Shown here in pieces: positions 14,040 to 28,400 of a stretch of 64,000 nucleotides of DNA; positions within the stretch are counted from its first letter, which is position 1; each line of letters starts with the position of its first letter. The stretch covers positions 5,456,001 through 5,520,000 of the forward strand of contig JBITNC010000001.1 of the NCBI GenBank assembly GCA_050084985.1, in the 5' to 3' direction. Below the pieces are notes generated by a model. The model saw only the letters and a program-made list of their open reading frames with translations, was not told where the DNA came from and did no database searches. The DNA is from Nageia nagi. Lineage: Eukaryota > Plantae > Pinophyta. The position numbers and the translations under genes were made by a program.

Positions 14040-16277
14040 AACAATATTATATTATTAACATGATATTGTATTTACCATTTCTTTTTGAAATGATAAATAT
14101 TTGAAATTTTATTTGTTTGATTTTATGAAATTAATATTAATTTAGAATTTAATTAAAGTAAAATAAACTGATTAATAATAATAATTATATATGAAATAAA
14201 TCATTAAATAAATATTATAAAAATTATTTATTTTGTTTGAAATATGTATTAAAAATAACAATAATAAAATATGTGGTTATATGAGGCGGTGGAATAAAAT
14301 CATTTTGGATTTTTTTTTTTAATAGTAGAGGGGACCTATTGCTTATAAAAAATATGGGGAACTATTATTATTATTAGCGTGTATTAATAACCACATATTT
14401 TTATTAATAACCACAATAATACATTAATCTTTTTAATAACTACAATTGTATTATTGGTTATTCTTATTATGGGGAAATATTTTTATAAGCACAATTGTTT
14501 ATATGGGGAACTCTTGTGGTTATTCTTATTATTAATACTTAGTGGTTATTCTTATATTTTAAATGAAATAAATAAGAACTAAAATATGTGGTTAGATGAA
14601 GGGAATTATTGCTTATGTTTTAATGAGAATGAATAAATACATGATTAGATAATAAATTTAATATTAAGTAACATAGTTTCAACTTGAAGAAGAATTTTTA
14701 AGCAACATATAAAATAATAATAATAAATTTATATGTGATTGGACACCTCGATGTATGGAATAGCGAGATTCGTGACCATACATCGTAAAGACACCATCAA
14801 GGATATTGGTAGGTGGTTGTCAAGTAGAATGGCGGATTCTTGTCAATAGATATGGATGGATGAGATATTTTTATTATTTTTAGATGATGACAATAATAGC
14901 AGTTATTCATTTCACATGAAATGAAAGTAATATAATAGTACCATAAGGCAATGAGAGTTATAAAAGACTATTTATCGTTACAAGCAATTGTCTCATTCAC
15001 AGGTGATGTGAAATGAGGTAACTGTACCGAAAGGCAATAGGTGTCATATATGATTACTTATTAGGTAATGATACATAATCTTGGGGATATGGGCCCCAAG
15101 AGGAACCCAATCAACACCATGATCAAAATGTTTGTAATTACGAGTCTTGTAACCAGAAATGGGGTGATCACCTAAAAGCATCTCTTCTAAGAGATGAAGT
15201 TAGTTGAGTAAACTCTAGAAACTCATGACAACTAGGAGGTTTAATCAACTTGGTCCACTTTGATGGTTGTCTGTAGCGACTATTAATCCAAAAGTGGGGA
15301 TTTCCTTGTTCAATTCATGGGTGTACGATAATCATATAACAACCCATATAACCTTTTAACCATATTGTCAATGATTAATCAATGGTTGATCCTAAGCAAA
15401 AGCCTGAGTGATAATGGTTAACCATTATGATTTGTATGGTAAGGTTATAATCAAATAAAATAAATTATAGCAAAAAAAATCTACCTAAATTTGAACTAAC
15501 TTTAATTAACTAATAATTTTTAATCTAAGACAGTTGCTTAGGGGTATAACAAATGAACAAAATGTACATCGATATTTCACATTTTTTATATCAATTACAA
15601 AAATTGAAGAAACTTTATGGCTACACCCAAAATGTGGTACCCATTGCATGATCTCCATATATGCATGATAATTCTAATAGATAAATCATGATTACAATAC
15701 AAAAAATGATAACTAATAAACATTTGCATTCATTACATCACATTTCTTATTTTTACATTTTAATTTTCAATATGATCATTACAATTTCTAATTTTAATCA
15801 AATTTCATTAAAATTCAAAATCATAATCATATATTATGAATTTAAAATTTTAATATTAAATACTAAAAAATATGATGAAACTATAAATAGTAACTTAAAC
15901 TTTACTATAAATACTTATCTTAAAATATATTATTATTATTAAAGATAATACTATATCATAATAAATATAAATTAATAAAAAATAGCTCTTAACATTTAAA
16001 ATAATAATAATAATAAAATAACTACTATTTATATAAAATCATTCATTTTTAACCTTTTTTTAAAGATATATTTCACTCATTTTAATTCCTAAAGAATGCT
16101 CCTCTCCTCTCTTTACCTTGGGTATTATACTTCACTCTCTTCATTAATTGTTAATTGTATGCTTTTCTTCTTCTTTTATTGTAGAAGAGTCTCATTGGAT
16201 TGTTATTTTATCATCTACTTCAGTTTTCTATGGATATCATTTATTTGCATAAACTTTTTTAATTGCAAAATAGTGAG

Positions 16278-16283
16278 TATAAA
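16278..16283 (+). promoter_or_regulatory. Candidate TATA box of the AKR gene
   Basis: TATAAA starting 66 bp upstream of the ATG at 16344; motif only. Confidence 0.3.
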
Positions 16284-16343
16284 GCCTATACTTCTTTGCA
16301 ACAACTGTATTCAGTGTTTGAAGAAATAGAGGAGGCACGCATC

Positions 16344-16454
16344 ATGTCACTCAGGCACAAAGTAAACACGGTGGCAAAAATACCAGGAGTGGGATTAGGA
16401 ACATGGCAGGCGGAACCTGGTGTGGTTGGGAATGCTGTAAAGACAGCAATACAG
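16344..16454 (+). CDS. AKR4C: AKR exon 1 ([37 protein letters not shown])
   Basis: ATG at 16344; donor CAG|GTATGA at 16455. Confidence 0.9.
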
Positions 16455-19400
16455 GTATGATGGATAGTTTTCTGCATGTGTAGATAAAAAAATGTATACT
16501 TGTTTTGAATAAAATAATGGTTCATCGTGTAGAAGAATGGGGAAAAGTATTTTATTCCATCTACCTAGGCCGGATATACATTTTCTTTAAAATGTAGAAA
16601 AAAATTATGAAATAGCTGATTTGAAGACAGGAAGGAATTTTATCTTGTCGCGTTACATCTGGGAAGCTCTGTTTATTCCGTTGGAAACAAAATGTTGTTA
16701 GATTTCAATGGCCTTCCTTAAGGCTTAGGGTTCTTTGAATGATGACACAAAGCATAGAAGGTAAGGTTGAGGGTTTGTTACACAGTATAGGAAGTTGGAC
16801 TCAACCATATATGTTTTCCATATTCTATTCTTCCATGGGTTTTTTAGCTTTTGACACTTTGACTGAGGATATGGTTTCTTTGACCTTGTTAATCTGTCTA
16901 AACCTTGTTAATCTGTCTAAACTTAGGTACTGAAAGATCAACTGACTATTGGTGTACGAGTTCCTTCTTTAAGGGAACATTTTGCGAAACCTTATATTTG
17001 AGTAGTTCAAACATTATAATCAAATGATCAATTCCAATTTACTATGGAAAAACTATTTGCATCACACACTTTTTCCATTTGATTTGATTATGAAGCCATT
17101 GGGTGAAGAAACGCATCTCGGTCTTGCACAACCACTCAATGCAGAAAGGGATTGTTGATACGAAAGGGTGACATATACCTGCAAAATTGACAATGCTAAA
17201 GATAATGTATTCTCTGAATATCCCTGTAAAATGTATTGAATAGAAGAGCATCAACCATGTTTGGGTGCAATCAGATATGATCTTAGATTTTTTGACATGC
17301 TGTGAGTTGTTTTGGCAGCAGTTTAAATTTATCTCCAACCCCTAAAATGGCTATAGTTTATATCAAACTTTCAAAATGGAAAAGGATCTAGATCCATGAT
17401 AAGAACAGCACTCTATGCAAAGTGAATGGAATAGGAAGGTATATGGGTAGGCCTTATCTTTTCATGGGCTGGCATGCTAGCTGGGCTGCTACAGAAATGA
17501 CATTTTCCACACCCACTCCTAACATTACCATGGTGACGTTCTTGTAACTGGGAAAATATTAAAATTCGACAATGCAAGAAGTACAGACCTTAACACAAGA
17601 AAGGAAAGCCTTTGTGATTACAAATATGTGTTGTCAAGCCAATAAATGATAAATAAAGGCTCTAAAATTGTCATTAAATGATTAATTGCAATTACAAATA
17701 TAGTTATCAAATTATAAGTTTAGACTATACCCGTTTGTGTGAAGTAAGACTGTCTTAAGCACTTGAGTTATCAGTGGTATTACCCTTGAAGATGATGATG
17801 ACAAAGTTGATAGAAGTTTAATGATCAAGATAATGATGAGATACTTAAAAGACTTGGATTACCTACTTTCCCACAAAGTAGAAGATTGGATGCTGATGTT
17901 GGCTTTTATTCTTTAAGGAGCCTTAAGTCACAATCACTTGAAAATAGATATGCTCTTGATAATTTCTTCACTCTTTGATTGTGACACAAAATAAGGAATT
18001 CTTATCAATTGCTTGATATCATAATATGCTGACTGAACTTATCAGACGAATAAATGCATTGATTTCTAAAGCTTAAGCTCAAATGCTTATTTTGTTTTCA
18101 AAGTTGTAGAACACATACCTCAACAACTCCTGACCATATGGCCATGATATGGAGACAAGTGTCATTATTATGGGAAATTTCAATGTTGCAAACAAAGGTG
18201 CATAAAATATCGTTGCGGTGTCCAATGAGTCTTCTCTAGGCTTGTATGCAAATAACCTTTGTAATTGCTCTCCATTTGATTAAAATAATTAGGAATCATA
18301 TAGTAAGCAATACAATAGGCTCATGACTTCTTAATATTTTACTGGTATTTGCATTCTACAGTGACATTTTCTATTTTGTTAGGTTGGCTGGCCCAAGGTT
18401 TGTTATTGTTGTTGTAAGTGAAGATTCTGCTCTGTATGTGGCAACAATGCAGTCATTTGTACACATTATGAATTATCGCAACATGACAAAATTGAATCTT
18501 CTTTCTGTGAATAAAATGCATGTTTCCTCTTTTGACTCTTTGAAGTTATGCTAATTTTATTTATAATGAGTGCAGGTTGGCTACAGACATATTGACTGTG
18601 CAAAAATTTATGGCAACGAGAAGGAGGTGGGTGTAATTTTGTAATTCAACTCTAAAATCCATAAATTACTATAAACATGCCCAATTCCATTTTCAAGAGT
18701 ACAATCCATTGCATTCCAATTTTTAATTATACTTTTGGAGGTCCATGCAATTCATGATTGTTACCTCTTTTTTCGAGCAGGATGCAAATTATCATGTTAG
18801 TTTTCACATAGATTTGCTTTTATTAAAACATAAACTATTTATGGTGCTCATCTTGATTATGGTGTCTATGATTAACAGATTGGCCTTGCATTGAGAGAAA
18901 TGTTAGAAAAAGATGTTGTAAAGCGTGAGGACCTTTGGATAACCTCCAAACTCTGGTATGGGAGATAACTTTCTCAATAGATCTTTTATGGTCCTGAATA
19001 TGTTTGTGTATGTCTTTGTTGCTGCCCTTTTTGTCTTCTTTTTCGTCACTTTATAACTGTGGCTATGCTATAGCTATTTAGTTTTACATCACCTTATATT
19101 ATCCTCTTGTTATTGGGGATTGATCTTCAAAATTGATATCCATGTCCTCATTCCCTCTTTAACATGCCTTGTAAGAAGTGGGTGACCTCTCATAGTATTG
19201 TTTTGTTTGTTGGTGTTCCTTCTGCTTGTTTTCATCTAGAGTGATGAAAATAAACATTATAATCTACTTAACAGTTGTCAGACATGGTAGCCTGTTTTTG
19301 GTATCAGATCTGGCTCGAGTCTCGTACACTACACTCAGGAAGAAGTTATTAGGATCCACTTTATCAGCCAAATCAATTTTTTCTTGTGTATATACAAGTG

Positions 19401-22400
19401 ATGCAGGTTAGACGAGATGACCAAGCCTGCCTAATTACTACAATACTCAAACACACTGATTCAGCAAAACATGAAAGTAAAAGTGAATAGTAATCACACA
19501 GAGTGCAAGCATGAATTCACAATTTGGCATTAATCAGAAGACAATTACATTTAGTTGAGTATTGATCAAGATTGAATCAGAAAAATTGCAACTGTCCAAT
19601 TAATCCCTGCCAAAATTCCCTTCCATGTTCAATCATCTTCACATTATTATTATCATTTGCAGACATTTGATCTTCTATCTCCCATGGTGACATCAATTGA
19701 TGTTTTGTATTTCCAGCACAAATTTAAGTGTTTGATATTCTTTCAAACAAAGGTTGTAATGTTTTTAAAATTAATCCCTAAACCTGCCTAATTACTACAA
19801 TACTCAAACACAGTAATTGAGCAAAACATGAAAGTAAAAGTGAATAGTAATCACACACAGTGCAAGCATGAATTCACAATTTGGCATTAACCGGAAGACA
19901 ATTACATTTAGTTGAGTATTGATCAAGATTGACTCAGAAAAATTGCAACTGTTCCAATTAATCTCTGCCAAAGTTTCCTTCCATGGTCAATCATCTTCAC
20001 ATTATTATTATCATCTGCAGACATTTGATCTTCTATCTCCCATGGTGACATCGATTGATGTTTTGTATTTCCAGCACAAATTCAAGTGTTTGATATTCTT
20101 TCAAACAAAGGTTGTAATGTTTTTAAAATTAATCCCTGCCAAAAGTCCCTTCCATGTTCAATCATCTTCACTTTATTATTATCATCTGCAGAAATTTGAT
20201 CTTCTATCGCCCAGGGTGACATCGATTGATGTTTTGTATTTCCAGCACAAATTCAAGTGTTTGATCATCTCTCAAACAAAGGTTGTAATGGTTTTTAAAT
20301 TTTAATTGTTGTTGAAATATTTTTCTCCTTTTTAATCCGAGGAAAAGCCTCATGGAGTGGACAACATCAAAATGGCTTGAGACATTTGATCAGATGGATG
20401 GCTGGACTTTGGAATTGCATTCTCCTTTTTTGTCCACTAATGAGATAGTGGTGAGTTACCTGAACTGGCATCATTTAAATTTTAAATGTCTCCATCCTTT
20501 GTTTTGTTTTGCTGCAGCTTTAATAATTTAGATCTTTAACATCAAAATTTTATCTTCTTGAATGAGCTGCTGTTCACCTTAACTTCTAATTTTGCTCATG
20601 CAATCTTTCTTCCACCTCTTCATGTCGATGATAATCTTGGGAGTTCTCCTATATACAATCTGAAACAGTGTTTGCTTGGTGCTTTGGTTCTTTCAATTGT
20701 GCTAACACCAAATAGCAAAGCTTACGTGTTGCTCACTACCAAACACAAGCAAATTTTTGAGCCTTTTGTTCAGCACCTCTATCTGCCCATCTACCTACGA
20801 AGATATACTAAATTTTACTATAACAAAGTTCCTGTTGTCTTCCTCAAAGTTTGCCAAAACTGGCTTAAAAAATGAGTATCTTTGTTAGAGTTGATACTCC
20901 TGGCAACTCATGCAGTCTCATAACTTTGATGACAAACAATTCAGCTATGGAGGTGTCATCACTTGCTTTTTTGCATAGAATGAAATTTGTCATCTTGGAA
21001 AATACTGATGTCTTTCTCATTGAGTCACTTCCTATTATCTTGGAAAACAATTATAACATTATAACAAAGATGGAGTCACTTTCTCATTGAGTTTTGGGCA
21101 GGCCTAACTCGAAATCCATACTTATGTCATCCCATAGAAATCTCTTTTGGTATAGGCTCTAATTGACATAGGCCGATATTTGGACTTAATGCCTTTGTTA
21201 TCTAATAAATTCAACACTTTTTAGGGAATACTAATCACTAGCCCTCAATTCCCGATGAGGTTGGTGGCCCCACTTAAAGTATGTTGAGGATATTCATTAG
21301 TCTCCTTCTTCGAGAGATAGTGTGTCCAACTCCACTTCCAAGACATCCTGTTCAAGCTACAACTATTTCACACTCTGATCACTCCTCTAATGCTCTATGG
21401 TGCCAAGGTTTGGGGCCTTGTATGAGGAGCTCGGATTGGACGACAATTGAGAGGATCCTAGTTGGCACATTGCCCCACCCCATTCGGAGCAAGAGGACTG
21501 TCCCACATCACATCATGTTGGCTGAGTTTGATTGCCAACTAGGTGGTTATTTTCGAATTTGAATTGGAGTTTGACACTCTTGAAGTTCGAATGAAATTCG
21601 ACATATCAAAAAATTTGAAATAAAATTCGACATAAAATTTGATTTCTTAAAATTAAATATTAAAAATATTAAAATTAAATATAACTGAAATATTAAAAAC
21701 ATTAAAATTAAATATAATAAAAATTGTTAAAAAAATGAAAATTAATTATAATAATAATATTAAAATTAAATTTAATAAAAAATTATTAAAAAATATAAAA
21801 ATTAAATATAAAATAATAAAACATTATTACAAAATTAAATATAATTTTTTTTTGTATGGTTAAAAAAGGCGGTGTTTTAAAATGATCCCCAAAACCTGCC
21901 AAATATTTCAAAAATAGATAACATAAATTCATATGAAGACCCAAAAGAGCTCATATGTATCACAATTACAGTATTACCACAACCTCCTTACAACCAAAGA
22001 AGGCTGTGGCGATTCACAAACAAAATAACCTATAGAATTACTGTCCAAGTGTAGCTCAGTTAAAACCCTATTACAGTAAGAACGAAGCAGCTTTTAAGGG
22101 GCTATAGATGGGCCCATGAGGAGCCCCCGCCTATCCATTGTCTGCTGAAGGCCATTGGCTATGTCTTTCAGCGTTTGCTTGTCGAAGACCTCTTTCTTGC
22201 ATGGTTTACCTGGTGGGTTTTGTCCTCCATCTGAGTCATTTTTAGAGTAGGTCTTGTTTTTTCTAAAAGCCCACCAACTTTCAATTGGTTCATTGGACTT
22301 GTATGTTCCACTTGGTCTTGCCTGTTCCTTTTCCTCTTTCTTTCTTGTTCATCCATTTCCATCCTTGTTGCCTCTGAGTTTGCTCCTTGAACATCAGTAG

Positions 22401-25400
22401 CTCCATTTCTAGAATTCTCAATTTCCTGATTTTCTTCTGAAACCCATTCTAATGCTCCAAATGCATTCCTTTGGGCTTTTGAGCTTAGCTACAGATTGCC
22501 ACTGTTACTGCTTCCTTTCGTCCCTATGTCGGATTCCTCATTTGCTTTTGTATGTGATGAGCTTGTCTTTGCCGTGGTGTTTGCTGCGCTGGATCTTCCT
22601 CACTTTCCCTTTGTCTCTTATCTGGACATTCCCTAATGTAATGTTCAACTTCTTGTGTAGATTGCATTGTACTGACAAGTTCTCATACATAATTTCCTGG
22701 TTCCCACAAGTTCTCATGCATTGTAGCCTTCATGTGAGCCTCTGAAGGATCACTCATATATCTTGAAACAAGCGACACAACATGTGCAAGATCAGGTCTT
22801 GTGTTGGTGAGAAACATCAAGCTTCCCACAATGCAACTATAGTTGGCCCCATCAACTTTTGGTGTGCCATCATCTCTACTCAATAACTCTCCATGAGCTA
22901 TTGGTGTTGGTAGTGATTTACAATCATCCATACCATATTTCTTCAGCATGTCTTGGGCATATTTGGTTTGACATATGAAGATCTCATCATTTTGTTGGTA
23001 TGCTTCCATTCGGAGGAAGTAGTGCATAAGGCCAAGGTCCTTCATTTCAAACTCATGCATCATGGAAGTCTTGAAATCACCATTCATCTTGGAGCTACTC
23101 CTCATATAGATAAGATGATCAACATACAAGCAAACCAGTAGGAGTTCATTACCTTTCTTCATGATGTAGAGAGTGGGCTCACTCTTGCTTCTTGTGAATC
23201 CACATTGATGGAAGTAACCATTAATCTTTGAGTACCAAGCTATTGGAGCTTGTTTGAGGCCATACAAGGCCTTCTTCAATTTGTATACAAGATGTTCCTT
23301 TCCTTGGATTACAAAGCCTTGTGTTTGTTCAACATAAACCTCTTCATCCAAATACCAATTAAGAAATGCACTTTTCACATCCATGTGCATCACTTTCCAA
23401 CCTTTGTGGGCAGCTAGTGAAAGAACCAATCTAATGGTTTTTTGCCTTGCTACAGGTGCAAAGGTCTCTTCATAATCAATGCCATGCTTTTGGAGGAAGC
23501 CTTTGGCCACAAGCCTTGCCTTGTGCCTTTCTATGGTGCCATCACTATTGTATTTGGTCTTGAAGACCCATTTACAACCAGCAATTTTCTTGTCTTTTGG
23601 AAGCTACACAAGCTCCCATGTATCGTTTTTCCTTATGGAAGAGATTTCTTCTTCCATGGCCTTCATCCACAAAAGATTAGTACATGCTTGTTCATAACTA
23701 GAAGGTTCAACCTCTACACTAGTCATCAAAGCATAGTTTACAATATCACCTTTGGGGGCATGATCATCTTTATCACCATACATGTTCAAATTCTCAAGCT
23801 TTTTAACCACCTCTTGAAGCTTTCTTGCTTGGCTTCTTGTGAAGCTTCTTGAGAAATTTGTGTCCAACATTTGATAGGATGGAAGGTTTGCAAGTGTTCT
23901 TCTTCCTCTTCTTACTACACTTGAAGAGTCTTATTCCACTGTAGTGAAGGTAGAACTTGAAGTGCTTGTTCAAGAACTTGGATTAGTCACACTTGGAGTC
24001 TTTTGATGACCCCAAGCTCCTCCTTCATTAAAAATTACATCACTTGAAAAGAAAATTTTTCTAGTTTTTGGATTATAGAGCCTATAAGTGTTTGAAAACT
24101 CACTATAACCAAGAAAAATACAAGGCTTACTCTTTGGATCAAGCTTTTTTCTAAGCTCATCTGGTACATGCACGTATGCTAAACATCCAAAAACTCTAAA
24201 ATGCCTTACATTTGGTTTTTTGCCATACCATTCTTCTATAATATTCCCAAATTAAAATATTCAAACCCTAATTGAAATATTATGAATCTATCCAATAGAA
24301 ATTCTGATCTGTGCTATTAAAATCCTGATCTATCAATTAACCCAAAAAATTACACCAAAACCCACAACATGGCATAGATCTGGACATATAATTTTTATTA
24401 AATTCTGCTGCAAGTACAAATGGATAGATCAACCAAAACTCATCACAAATCAACCACTAAAATGCACAATATGAACTAAGTTGCATACATAAACCACACA
24501 CTAACAATACTGCAAATGCAAATTGAAATACCACTGCAAATTACCGCAAACCACATTGAAAATCTCGCTACTATATTGTTGCAAATCTGAATATCTTGAA
24601 GTCCAAATGTAGATTCTGGATGAATCTACCACTACCAAATTAATGGCAAGGGCATATCTCCTAAACCATCAAATTGGATCTTCAACTAAACAAAGGGCAC
24701 ATCTCCCAAATTCAGTAGAAGAGGAGAAAGAGTTTTCAGACCAAACTCTCAATGATCAAATATAATATCAAAATGACATAATATCCAAATGAACAACCCC
24801 TTTGCCTTCTATAAACAAATGTTATAATTACTCGTTGGGGTTAATCCACTAATTACACCTTATCACTCCTAATTACTTTTATAATATTAAAATATTCTTC
24901 AACTTAAAGTACTGATATAATATGTACACACAAGACATTTTAATTAAAAATATAATAATAATCTCCTAACAACAAATAACACACCACAAGGACTCCTAAA
25001 CTAGGATGTTCCACACATGACCCCATAATATTTAAATAATGACCCCACTTTCCCAAAAAGGGTGATTACATCTTCATAAGGAATGACACCTTCCAAGCTT
25101 GAGGTTGGACTCCTATTGAGAATGTGCACTACCGTCCTTGCCACATCAGCCCAACATTGATTGCTCAAACTCTTGGTTTGTAGCATGCTCCTTGCCATTT
25201 CAACAATGGTGGAATTTTTCCTTTCTGCAACACCATTTTTTTGTGGAGTATAGGCTGTTGTGAGTTGCCTTTTTATTCCACAATCCTTACAAAACTTTAA
25301 AATTTTATTAGAGCAAAACTCTCCTCCCCTATCAGTCCTTAAACACTCTACTTTGCATTCACTTTGATTCTCTACATTAGTTTTGAATTATTGAAAGCAA

Positions 25401-28400
25401 TTGAAAGCTTTATCTTTGGATTTTATGAAATAAATCCAACACATTCTAGAGAAATCATCATTAAAAGTGAGAAAGTAAGAATTTTACCCAAACTTTGTGT
25501 TTGCATAGTCCCACAAATGTCACTATGCACCAATTGAAGTGGATTTGAAGCCCTCCATGCTTCACCTCTTGGAAATTTGTTCCTTGAATGCTTTCCCAAA
25601 GCACATCCTTCACACACTATGATGAGTTAAATAATGACACTCCAAATTCCCCCAGGGCTGTCACTACCCTCCCCTTAGTGATCCTCACACTTGTTATTGT
25701 GAAGGGACCAGTTAACTCAAAGAGCTGGTACACCAACACTCAAGAAAGCTTTTAGTTGCCTCTCACTAAGTTTGGAATATCAACATTTATCCCTTTCATT
25801 ACTTTTATCAAATCCGGGAGGTGTTCAATGCTGTATGCTATTGAGCTCTGCTCTCTAAGCTGTATTTACTTCAAGCAAAGTGGCAGAAAGCAAATGTGCA
25901 GAACTGAACGTTGCAGAATTGAAAGTACAGGAATCTGAAATACTAAAAGAGAGACAAACTGGAAAATACTGAACTTAAAGCAAACTCACATTTAAACTTG
26001 GAAAGTACAGAAAGATAAAAGAGTCTTCTACCATTTGGAGTGGGCCCTTGCTCCTCTTGGTGGAAGACTTAGAGAACTCAGAACTGGAAACTCTTTAAAA
26101 AATCACTTTATTCTTGCATGCAGTTCGTCTTACACAGAATGTGCTTGACAAATCTAATACAGAGCTTCAACACAATAATCTATTCACACAATATTCTTAA
26201 TTTTCTAACCCCTCCTACCGTCAACAATTGAGGTATAAATATCCTCCATTGTTTAACAATAGGTAGGTCAAGAATAACCATAATCTGAACAGTATTCTGT
26301 TATGGAAAACAGAATCATTTATTCTACTAACTGGCTAATACTAAAATTATCATACAAGTAGTATCCATGCCCTGTCTAAAGAGAGTTGCAATCCCTTAGA
26401 AAAAGGGATAGCTCATCTCAACAGGTCAGCACTATCCTATTTACATTCATAGGTAGTTTTTTATGCTTAAATTGGAGTCAAACATACTCCAAAAACAAGA
26501 ATCATATCTGACTATATCTGATGTGTTGAAACCATGCTTCTACAGACTATATCTGGAGCAGTTCATATCTCCTAAATATCTGGATCATACAAGGTTAGAA
26601 TAGAGCTAACAATATAGTCAAGGATGACAGTCAACTCCTTAGATCTAGGCCTGGAGTGGAAGCTTCGGACGAGTCTGGAGTAGGCGCTCCGGACAAGTCT
26701 GGGAGATAGAGACCTTTGACACGTCTGAGTTGAAGACCTTGGGTGAGTTGAGAAGGGCTCCAGACAAGTCTGGAGGAGAGCTCCAAACAAGTCTAGCTCT
26801 TCTTTATTCAGATGAGGCGCCAACTATGTCTGGAGCGGAGCTCCGGACGATGCAGACCTGTGTAAAAATCTGTCTGGAGCGGAGCTCCGGACAATGTAGA
26901 ATTTGTTCAAAGGCATCTTCACAAGACTTGCAACCCATCCAAGTTACCGACCATCATTCTATGTAGCAAAAAGAAGCATTTTGGTTCAAAACAAACACAA
27001 AAGTATAATCAGTATGCACAAAATACTAATATAAGGAAGGTATGCATTTAACCATATATTAAGCAACTAGATAGTTCAACCATTACAAATAATTCGTCCC
27101 ATAATGTCCAAATATACAAAATGAACCATTGAACCGTGCCAAAACCAGGTAATTTCTGAGACTCATCACTCTCCCCAGCTGAAAACATTGCTACCCCTAG
27201 AGCAATAAAAGGAGAGTTTCAATCAGAATCACTGGAACTGTCATCAACAGTAACAACTGATGGAGCATGAACTAGATGAGCCAAATCATAGGGTCCGTCA
27301 GCGAGTTGCAATCTTTGGCGGGTCCGAATGTCAATGGTGCCTTGTTGAACTTGTGGAACACTTGCTCCTCCACCATGTTGCCGGATAAGCCGAGACTCCC
27401 AAGTTCTAAATGCAGCATTTGATTGGGGCCCGTTTTCATTCTCATCTAGAACAGGGAATAGAAGTAACGGAGGACGAAACTGACTACCCACCCAATTATA
27501 AGGATCTCTTTCTAGCAAAGAGATGAGAGAGAGAGCTCTCCTTCTGCTCCAATATAAATTACCAGGTGTGAACACTTCACGAACACGGAGCTCATAGTTT
27601 AAACCCATCCAACGTGTTACAACACACAACAGCTTCATCAAACACAGTGTGAAGAGTTTCTCGGCATTCCTGTACACATTGTGATATTGCTGCTTTATAC
27701 TGGGCTTTAATGGGGCCCTGTACAAGAAGTGCACGCAATGCAGCCTGAAACCGTTGGGGAAAGTATGCTTCAATTCGCATTGGAAAGACATCATTCTCCT
27801 GATTGTTCTGGAATTGAGCTATTTCTTTTCTCCACTGAATCTGATTTAATAGGGCAGAAATAAAGGCCCTTAACTGGACTTCTCCCACATACAGGTTAAC
27901 AAAGAACCCCCGATCAAACGGAACAAAGAAACCGTGAATAAAGCATTCACACATCAAGAAGCGTTGCTCTTCCGAAGCAACAGAATATTCCTGAAGAAAT
28001 TGTTTGGGGGTGTCTAAACAATAAGGTCGCCCTTTCGTAAGCTGTGATAACTGCCATCTATAGAAAAGTTCTTTCAAATATACACTGTATGTTAGGATTC
28101 AATAATTTCATATAAACAAGAGCATCAATAATTCTCCTACTCCTTGGCAAAAAACCAACATTCAAGCATACTGAAATCAAACAACTATGAACATCAATCA
28201 CACAATGAGAGACACAAGAGATAACGTGGTTCACCCAATGTAGGCTACATCCACGGAGAAGCTTTCAACTCTTTTGCATAACATTCTTCCAAGTCCTCCA
28301 AGCAACAAACTAGCAGCACAACCTTGTTACAACCTTCACTTTGGAGCTACAAAAAAGCCTCACAACAATCTCTCTCTTTCAGGCTATCTACATAAGCCAC

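Noticed and set aside
14749-14785. 10-bp hairpin CGATGTATGG/CCATACATCG as a Helitron 3' end or miRNA
   Set aside because: No CTRR terminus at the expected distance on either strand; the stem is too short for a pre-miRNA.
16263-16343. N-terminal extension of AKR suggested by the ORF track (MQNSEY...)
   Set aside because: It begins at TTG, not ATG. The first in-frame ATG (16344) gives a normal AKR4C-length N-terminus.
16732-16940. Possible intronic C/D-box snoRNA (ATGATGA ... CTGA)
   Set aside because: Poor terminal stem geometry, atypical length, an internal 19-bp duplication and no recognisable rRNA guide.
25615-25619. CACTA motif suggesting a CACTA DNA transposon end
   Set aside because: It is the 5-bp direct target-site duplication of the Gypsy element, not an inverted terminus.
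26572-26966. ORFs repeated at 43028-43422 (and 25756/42210, 28274/32951) looking like duplicated genes
   Set aside because: Incidental ORFs within paired LTRs.
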